DNA from: the human T2T-CHM13v2.0 reference genome, Homo sapiens
Reading direction: 5' to 3' (one strand)
Assembly (NCBI RefSeq): GCF_009914755.1
Contig: NC_060926.1
DNA: 64,000 bases
The notes beneath the pieces were generated by a model. The model saw only the letters and a program-made list of their open reading frames with translations. It was not told where the DNA came from and made no database searches. This document shows, one piece after another, positions 54,251 through 64,000 of this stretch. A program made the translations under genes and the position numbers. How positions within the stretch are numbered: the first letter of the stretch is position 1; each line of letters begins with the position of its first letter.

Positions 54251-57200
54251 ATTTTTGGTTGTTTGGACTCTGGATTTTAGCAACATAAATACCATATGAG
54301 AAGAGGGAGTTATTTATCCATTTTATAGGTAAGTATAGGTACGTATATGTTCAATAGGTATATATTTATGACTAATAGTGATTTAAATAACAATGACTAA
54401 TGTAATTATTGATAATGCTTTACTGTTTATAAGTACATAAAATACATCCAGGGTCCCAGTGAAATTTCACAGTCATTGTTAATGATAGGAAGGTTGATAC
54501 AGAAAGGGCTTCCCCATTAAATGCTCGGGTGGAAGACTGTTTTTAAAATTATCTTGGATTTTTTTTAACACAAGGACCATCTATTTAATAAGTTTATTCA
54601 ATATATCTAGCCTCTTCCCAACCCCTGTTCAAGTTGCTATATTTGATACTAATGGTTATCTGTTCATTCACACATTTGACAATTCCAGAAGATAACAGCA
54701 ATGAATAAAACTGTCCTCATGGAGCTTACAGACTAATTACATAAAGTAAGAGCTAAAACTGATGACAGTGAAAAACTAGGAGCATTTTATTTGTAAGTTC
54801 TTTATAGAAGTCAGAGAGTTGGTGTCTGATCTGAAATGTTTAAACAGAATTTCAACTTCAATATTTTAAGAACTTTTTAAAACTATTATAGTTAATCTGA
54901 CACATGGATAGCTCTTGGTAATTAGCAAAGTATTGGCTTTGTCCCCAAATCCCTGTGATTTAGGTCAAATTTTTGGCCCTGTTTTACAGAGGAAGAAACT
55001 GTGGCTCAAAGAAAATAGGCTACTTTCCCAAAAATACAAAATGAGTAGAAAATCTAGAACTGAAAATGTAAGATGTGCTGGGCAAACCAAACAAATAAAA
55101 TACTAACAATAAACATACATGCACAAGATTATATGATAAGGAGCCATGTGAACAAAGCTCATTTATTCTACAAATGTTTACTCTGTCTAGTATGCAGCCA
55201 CATGTAATATGTGGTCTTCTATTTGCACCGTGATGATTGAGTAAACATTCAACTGAATACAGAAGTGAACAAAAAGAGGCAATGCACAGTTACAGCATTA
55301 CAAACCAAGACAAGGTGTGAATCCATGAAAGTATCTGGTATGCCTAAGGAATTATGACTCCTGAGGGTTACTAAAGCACAGGGTCAGTGAGGAAGAAATG
55401 TTAAATGACAGTCAGGACTGTATACTGAAGGATCTATGGGAACTGTGCAATGAATATGCACTTAATTTTGTAGGCTGTGTAGAACCATTAAAGGTTTTAA
55501 ATGGAAGATGTGAATTTTGTGCGATATGATTAATATTGTAGGAAATTAACACTGTCAGCACAATGAAGGAAGGATTGGCAAGGTGAAAGCTCTCCAATTT
55601 GCTTATCTCCTCCGAGGCTCACAGTGTGTGTGTGAAGAACAGATAATAAGTCCACATGGCTGAAGGGGAGAGCAACTGGAAGACAAACACAGGAAGGAGA
55701 GACTGGAAAGTTAGATTAGGTCAAGACTCTGCAGGACTTGATTGTTAATAACTTAATCTTTCTTTTATAGGCAGGCTTTATATCACTTATGATCACAATT
55801 ATATTAGTTGTCCATGTGCATTTCCCTCAGTACCTAGCAATGGATCACTGGCTTGTACCTGTGGTAGGCAAGCGGTACATTTTTTAGTAATTTTATATAT
55901 AAGGCTAAATCTAATCAAAACTGATGAAGACACAGGAATTTCTGTAAAAACATAATATACGCATTCTGAAAAAAATAACCCTCAAGTTCTACAAAATTGG
56001 ACAATAAAAATAAAAATTGATTTTAAGGGAGAATTTTAAGATTTTAAGGAAAAAATTATTAGGGGCACTAATTATAATCTATGAAACTTGTAAGTTGAGC
56101 TCACAATAAAATCATTCTAATTTTAAATATTTTCACAGTTTAAAAGACATGTTAAGTGACTAATAAGTAAAGAAATACTACAGTAAATATGAGACTTCAC
56201 TTTTAAATAATGATGAGTAAAAGTGGCTTGATGGAAGAGAGTGTAGGAAAAGCTGAAGCTGCTGAATTATATAAAAAACAACAAAACACACACTGGGAAA
56301 ACTGCTCAATTAGATCATCCAAAACAGGATATGGTTAAATTGAACCAGTAAAATAACTTGCAGTCAATAGACTATGTCTCTATGTTTTGCATGTTCTGCT
56401 GTGTTGGCTTCACTTTGAGTCTAAATGCGATTACAAAATATGAATTGCAATATGAACCTACATGATTCCATCTAAACAGGTATCATTCCCATGTTTACAA
56501 TAGTGTAAGAGCTAATTAACTTTACAGAAGCACACTTAAAGCAGGATAGACTATAACTGGAATTACTGAAAGAATCTTCTAACATCAACTATATGGACAT
56601 TTTTTAAATAAACATACAATGAGGAATATTTATAACATATGAATAATATGTGAACAAAAAAAGCAATAAAACAAATACCCACACAGTCCCCATCCAGTTT
56701 TTTAAATAACGTTTTTGCTATTTCTAAGGCCACCTCTCTGGTCATATCCCCATCAGCACTGCACACTTAGAGGTAACCATGATCCTGAGTTTAGTCCATG
56801 TTATGCCTTATTTATTATCTTAGTAATATTTTGATTTTGCATATTTTATTTTTTTATAAATGGAATTATATTGAAAATAATCTATGCCTTGGTTTGTTCA
56901 CTCAATACTATGCCGTTTAGACTTCATAATATATATAGTTGTAGCAAGTCCATTCATATTGCCTTATAATATTGCATTTCATGAATACATAAAATTCACT
57001 TATCCATTCTACTGACAATGGATATTTGGGATATTTTCCACTTCCCTTGCTACTATAAACAAAATATTTATTCATGTTATTTTTCATATCTACAAGTACA
57101 CTTGTAAAGAATTTTTGTTGGATAAATTCTGCTGGATTGTAGGGAATCTATATGTTCCACTTGATTATATAATACAGAATGATTTCTAAAGGGGTTCTAA

Positions 57201-59025
57201 CTATTTTCATTTCTGAATACATTTTATAAGAGTTCCTATTCTTCTGCATTTCTACCAGCACAAGATATTGAAGACTTTTAACTTCTACCAATCTGTTAAC
57301 TGTAAATGGTATTTTATTATAATTTCAATTTGTATTTTATGACAGCTAATGCAGTCAAACATTTTTTGTTCGCTTCCTAATCATGCATCCTTTAATGTGA
57401 AATGCAAATTTGTCTTTACTTTGGTATTAGTTGTCTTTTACATATAAATTTGTACGATATCTTTGTACATTATAGATTCTAATATTTTGTCAATACGTGT
57501 GTATGTATATATTTTACATGCACATTCACACATATATATAGTTAACATGTTCTTCACATTTGTGGTCTATTTTCACTTCATGATATCTATCGAAACAGAT
57601 ACATATTTATGAAGTCAAATTTGCCTTTGTTGTCTAATTCTGTTTTTATTTAAAACTTCTTAACCCCAAGACAAAAATATACTCTCCTGTATTGTCTTCC
57701 AAAATTTTAGAAATTCACATTTTAATAGGCTTTTAATAAATGGAACTAATTTTTGTATATATTGTGACAAAGAGTGAGGCAAGTTAGGTTATTTTTTTGC
57801 CCCCATATTGACAAGCACCTGTCTCAGCACACCTTATTGTACTCGGTACTTTCCCTCACTGACATGTCAGTGGGGTCTTAACGAAAGTGTTGGTTTCTGG
57901 GCTTTCTCTTCTGTTCCCACTGGCCTATTTGTCTAAACCTGAACAAACAACATAAATCTTAACGATTCTAACTTTATAATAAGAATTTATATTTGGTAGG
58001 GCATGTCCTCCATCCTTACTGTTCTTCTGCAGGAGTGTCTTGGCTTTTCTTGCTTTTCCATACACATTTTAAAATCACATTATCCAAGTCCACATTGAAA
58101 AAGATAAAACTTTCAATATTTCACAATTTATTTTGATACTATTTGATTTAGAAACCTGTTATGTGGTTAAGAATTTTTTTCTACCTGCTTTGCTAAAATT
58201 TTAATCATTATTATTGAATTTTATCAATTAATTTTTCTGGATCTACAAAATAATTGTTTTCTAATGCTGTGCCACCTTTCATTCCCCCTTTTTTTTAGAA
58301 AAAAAAAAAGCTACTTAGTTTTGATACAATGTCTATACATTCTTAGATTTATTCTGCTAATACTTTAACTTTTTAAACCTAAGAAATAAGGCTATAATTA
58401 TTTCTTACACCGTCTCAAAAAATAAGTTAGAGGGTAGACTTCCTTCTTCTGTCTTCTGAAATAATTTTATAAGATTGGAATTTTCAGTTCCTTAAAGTTT
58501 TCGTAAAAGATCCCAACAAAATTGTGTGGCAGTGGTGATACTTGAAGAGAAGATTACTGATTCAAATATTTAATGGATATGGACATTCAATTGTTCTATT
58601 TCTTTTCACTCTGTTTTGGTAATTTATGTTAGGAATTTAACATTTCACATGGTCTCAACTTTGGCAGCATAAAGATGTTCATAATGCCCTTTTCAAATCA
58701 CTTTAAACTGCTGAACTTTTTCATTTTTGATTCATTCTTAATACTATTTATTTTGTCCTCTTTTGGGCTTTTGAACTCTCTTGCCAGTCTTTTTAATGAA
58801 CCAGCTTTGATCTTTTTTAACACTCATTTTCTTCTTTTTGTATTATTTTATTTATTAGACCTTTATGTGTGTTATTTCCTTTCTCCTATTATCTTTGAAC
58901 TTATTCTCAATCCTTTTCTAATTAAGACATTAGAACTTGATCAAATTTGGCTATTTTTCTATATCTCTCATGGTCATTGGGGATAGTATTCCCTATACAT
59001 CTCTCCCACAAAAGTTGCCCACATT

Positions 59026-59385
<360 letters not shown>

Positions 59386-59564
59386 CTAGAGACATATATT
59401 CAAATCTGGTACACCTGCCTTTTTTTTTTTTTTTTGTAGTTTTATCAATTTGGGCTTTACATATTTTGAAGCTGTAGTTTTAAGTACATAAAGTTTAGAA
59501 CTTTTATATCTTGCTTAAGTGAAACTTTCGTCAGTACGTTTTGGCCCACTTTATATCTAAATTA

Positions 59565-59912
<348 letters not shown>

Positions 59913-59991
59913 CTATCTTATCTTATATAAATATACCTATCCCAGATTTTGTTGGTTAATGTTTGCCTGGTACTTTTTTTTCACTACTTAA

Positions 59992-60305
<314 letters not shown>

Positions 60306-60580
60306 GCGTTCGTTTCTTTTAGGCTAAGATTTTTGTTTTTTAAAAAAATGTTCCTAGCTTCTAAACAAAAAGTTTAAGCTGTTTTGCTTTTTAACTGAAA
60401 ACTTTCATTCATTTAATTAGTTGTGCTTTCTATTTACCACATTTTTTTCCACTCTCTTATTACCTACTTTAATGACTTTTATACTGATTTTTTTCCTCAC
60501 TACAATTTTCCTTCTAATAACCTGAGGGCTAGATACACATTTTATCTTTTAGTAGTTCTTTAGACATTTTAATAAGCAAA

Positions 60581-60880
60581 GGTCAGGCACAGTGGCTCAT
60601 GTTTGTAAATCCAGCACTTTGGGAGGCCAACATGGGAGGATCACTTGTGTCCAGGAGTTTGAGGCCAGGCTGGGCAACATGGCAAAACCACATCTGTACA
60701 AAAAGTACAGAAATTAGCCCAGTGTGATGGTGTGTGTCTGTAGTCCCAGCTATTTGGGAAGCTGAGGTGGGAGGATCGCTTGAGCCTGCGATGAGGAGGC
60801 TGCAATTACCTGTGGTCAGGCCACTGCACTGCATCCCAGGTGGCAGAGGGAGACCCTGTCTCAAAAAAGAAAAAAAAAAG
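60581..60880 (+). mobile_element. AluJ
   Basis: gggaggatcacttg, gaggatcgcttgagcc and gagaccctgtctc diagnostics; high divergence. Confidence 0.93.
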
Positions 60881-62764
60881 AAATTTTAATAAATATACTT
60901 AAATTAAAACCTGAAGATAACCAATCTTTTAAAATTCTTTCCAAACTTTACAAGAAACTTGGAACGCTTTAACTCTAATTGTTTCCTCCAAATATTATTT
61001 TGGGGCAGTATTTCGGTTAATTATTCCCTCAAATTAGAATTCTACACACTTACCTTTTTTTTTTAATCTTAGACTTTCAAAATGGGATTGCTTTTCTTCC
61101 TGAAGGACTCATTTTAAAATTCTCTTTGGTAAGAGTGTTGGTAGTTAATTCTGTCAGCACATATTTATCATCAGTTTTCTTCATATTACTTCATTCTGAG
61201 TGGACAGTTTTCTGGATGCATAATTCCAAGAAGACAATTATTTTCAATATGCAGATACAATTCCACACTTTCCTCTACCTTCTATTACTATTATTGCAAT
61301 GTCAGCTGTAATGTTTGTGTGTAATGTTTTTTCTTTGTGTGTAATGTTTTTTATTCACTGAGCAGCTTTTTAGATCTTTTCTATACTTTTGTCTTCTGCA
61401 GATTCATTATGAATCTTCAAGATTGGGGTTTATTTTTATGTATCCTTTGAGACTTCTGTATCTTAATTAAAAGTTAAAAATTTTCCATCAGTTCTGCAAA
61501 TTCTTTCCCATTATTTCTCTAAATAGTGCCTTTTTGACATTCTAACCTTGCCTTCTGAGGGTCCAGTTAGAAATATGTGAGGTTTTTTCTATTATTACAT
61601 GTCTATCCACTTGTCTTCTTCTGTATTTTCTATCCTTTTGTCCTTCTGAATTATTTCTTCAGATATTCCAGTTCCCTCATACTCTCTTAGCCTCTGTATT
61701 GTTTGCTACTTAACAAATTCTTTAATTTTTTTTAAAATAGTGATTTTATTGTTAAATTTAGATTTTTCAAATCTGATTTGATAGTCTATTTTTCTACCAA
61801 TCTTCAAATTCTTTAGACATATTAATCTAATTTTATGATTGCATAAATTTATTTTGTTAAATTTCTACTGGTTATTATTGCTATTATTTTTGTTGGTTCT
61901 CATTCACGGTGATTTATCTCCTTGTTTGTATGTGGAAGTTTTATTTTTTTGATTATGCACTCACTTCCCTTGTAACTTTATCTTTAGGAATTCTATGAAG
62001 CCTGAATTGAAAGTAATTTCTTATAAAGTGGATTTCTATTTACTTCCAGACCATTACAAATGAGGTACCATTTTAAAATAAATCCTTTACATGAGTTTTT
62101 TCTATTTGTTTGGTTATTGTTTCCACAGAGATGTTTTAACTTGGGTCCAAACAAGGCCAGATTGTATTATAAAATTGCAAAGATGTTTCCCACCCCTTTC
62201 TACCTACCACCAAAGTTTTGTATAAGAAATTTATCCTGTTTATGGAAGTTTATTTCTAGTTCACCCTTAAGCTAAAAGTGCAGCCTTTTAGGGTACCAGA
62301 GTCATGTAACAGTCTCCCAAAAGACCTTACATCTTATGTAGGCAGTAGATTTGTTTCAAGTCTTGTGTACCCTGCCGAGACATCAAAATCAAAGATCAGC
62401 TTCACTGTAGTCATGCAAAAGCCTCCTAGGCAAAACCCAACTTGATTACTAGCTTATCTATCTTCGCCTATTCCCACCTTCAGTTTATTGCTGGAGTCGG
62501 AGGAAGCCAAAATTTCTTGCTAGCTCTACTATGCAATTTTACAGTTTTATTTTATCTTTAAACATTTTTACGGGAGTGTGGTTCAGGGTATCTATTCTGC
62601 ATATTATCAGAAGGGAAATGAAGATTATTTTTCCTTTTCATTGTTTTATCTTATAAGTCCCCCCATTGGTTTACCTGATATTGCTGGATGAATACTGAAT
62701 GAATTTTGTGTGAAGAAGTAGATGACCCAATAATCACCTTCTCTATATCATCCCTTAACATCAT

Positions 62765-62982
62765 GGGTTTGAGGGCTAATTGGCAAATATTTTAGGTTTT
62801 ACAATTCATATGGTCTCTATCCCAGCTATTCAACTCTGCCTTTGTAATGCAAAAGCAGCCATATAAGATACCTAAATGAATGTGCATAGCTGTGTTCCAG
62901 ACAAACAGGTAAAAATATTTTATTTACAAAAACAGGCAGTGAGTCAGATTTGGCCTATGGACTTCAGTTTGCCATCCCATGC
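62765..62982 (+). mobile_element. MER58
   Basis: aaatattttaggtttt...tcaactctgcc...aaaagcagccata...tatttacaaaaacaggcag...gatttggcc. Confidence 0.85.
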
Positions 62983-63573
62983 TCTCTTTATACCATCATA
63001 GTTTTTTTACTGGATCCATTTAAGTGATGAACAGAATCATAATATGATGAAGACATTTTATGAATACATGCAACTGGTGAGACATGAAATGTTTAGGCCC
63101 CCAAAAAATAAAGAGAAAAAATTCAATCTATGCATTGTCTAAATAAGTAATGATAAACTCCCACTGCTACACGAACAACAGAAACAACAAAACTCTAATC
63201 AGAAGAATAATGTCTTGGGAAATAAAATAAGCATTATGAGCATGTCTCTGAAATACACAGACATACTGACTCTCTACACTGTACATCAGTTTTTAGGAAA
63301 ACAAAGAAAGTAAGAGGACATATCCATCTCCCCAGCTGCCTCCCAAGGGCTCACAATCCAAGAAATTCTTCAGTAATATCTCATTAGTGATAAAGTTTGC
63401 ATCAAAACTCACATGGTATCATACACATTGTATTACATTTTTCAAAGAACATAACACTGTGTATTGGAAAATAAGTGGAAATTACTTGGGATTGGCTATA
63501 ATATATACCCTTGAACTGGGCAATACTTAAGTGATTGTCAGATGGCAAAATTGAGACTAAAAAGCTTACTCAC

Positions 63574-63700
63574 TTGAAAATGACTCTTGTTGGTACTCCA
63601 CAAAATAGAACTTTATAAATGTAGCGCTACGTATTTGTCTAAGAGGTAAGGCATCCCATGGAGCATGCTTTATTAGTTTGGTCATTAACCTTGCTCGGGC
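63574..63700 (-). pseudogene. Candidate coding or fossil exon, 127 nt, phase 0-1
   Basis: Acceptor ...aaaatttttgaaag|, donor CAA|gtgagt; 42 open codons ARARLMTKLIKHAPWDALPLRQIRSATFIKFYFVEYQQESFS. Confidence 0.5.
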
Positions 63701-63864
63701 CTTTCAAAAATTTTAGTTATAAATTATAAAACATAAGGAAACATCTAAAGTTTATAATACAGAGTTTTACTTTACTATCAAAGACCATAAAAAATAGAAA
63801 CTATTCATCTTCATGGAGGGCCAAAAATACCCAAATATGACAAAAATATCCAGAAGGATGTTAC

Positions 63865-63972
63865 CTTCCCAGCTGATATTCTAAGAGAATAAATGCTTAA
63901 AGTATTGGCTATGGATAGCTGTTCTTTTTAGACATGTTGATCAACTTCTGTGTTGAAATCATATGACATTTG
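63865..63972 (-). pseudogene. Candidate fossil exon, 108 nt, phase 0-0, one stop codon
   Basis: Acceptor ttcttattttttcttcaaactag|, donor AAG|gtaaca; QMSYDFNTEVDQHV*KEQLSIANTLSIYSLRISAGK joins in frame to the 63700 exon across a 164-nt intron. Confidence 0.45.
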
Positions 63973-64000
63973 CTAGTTTGAAGAAAAAATAAGAACCACT

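Overview
Primate (human-like) AT-rich, repeat-dense DNA that looks intronic or intergenic. I found no intact protein-coding gene; the ORF track is almost entirely Alu, microsatellite, LTR or pseudogene artefact. Well supported: a full-length processed gamma-actin (ACTG1) pseudogene at 43435-45336 (+) with 14-bp target-site duplications (TSDs), about 13 Alus or Alu fragments, a twin-primed L1PA insertion, old L1M and L2 and MIR fragments, solo LTRs (THE1, MLT2A, MLT1, ERV1-type), DNA transposon fossils (MER58, MER5A, MER20, Tigger2, MADE2), microsatellites, and a strong CTCF motif in a small GC/CpG-rich patch near 38.5 kb. Most notable: (1) a chain of short minus-strand candidate exons across the whole window that splice in compatible phases into a protein-like sequence with a few stop codons, a possible fossil (unitary pseudogene) gene that I could not identify and that could partly be chance pseudo-exons; (2) a 45-bp segment inside the actin pseudogene replaced by an inverted 44/45 copy of DNA about 100 bp beyond its 3' end, a template-switch footprint. 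Repeat subfamilies were assigned by eye from remembered consensus sequences, and boundaries are approximate unless TSDs are quoted.
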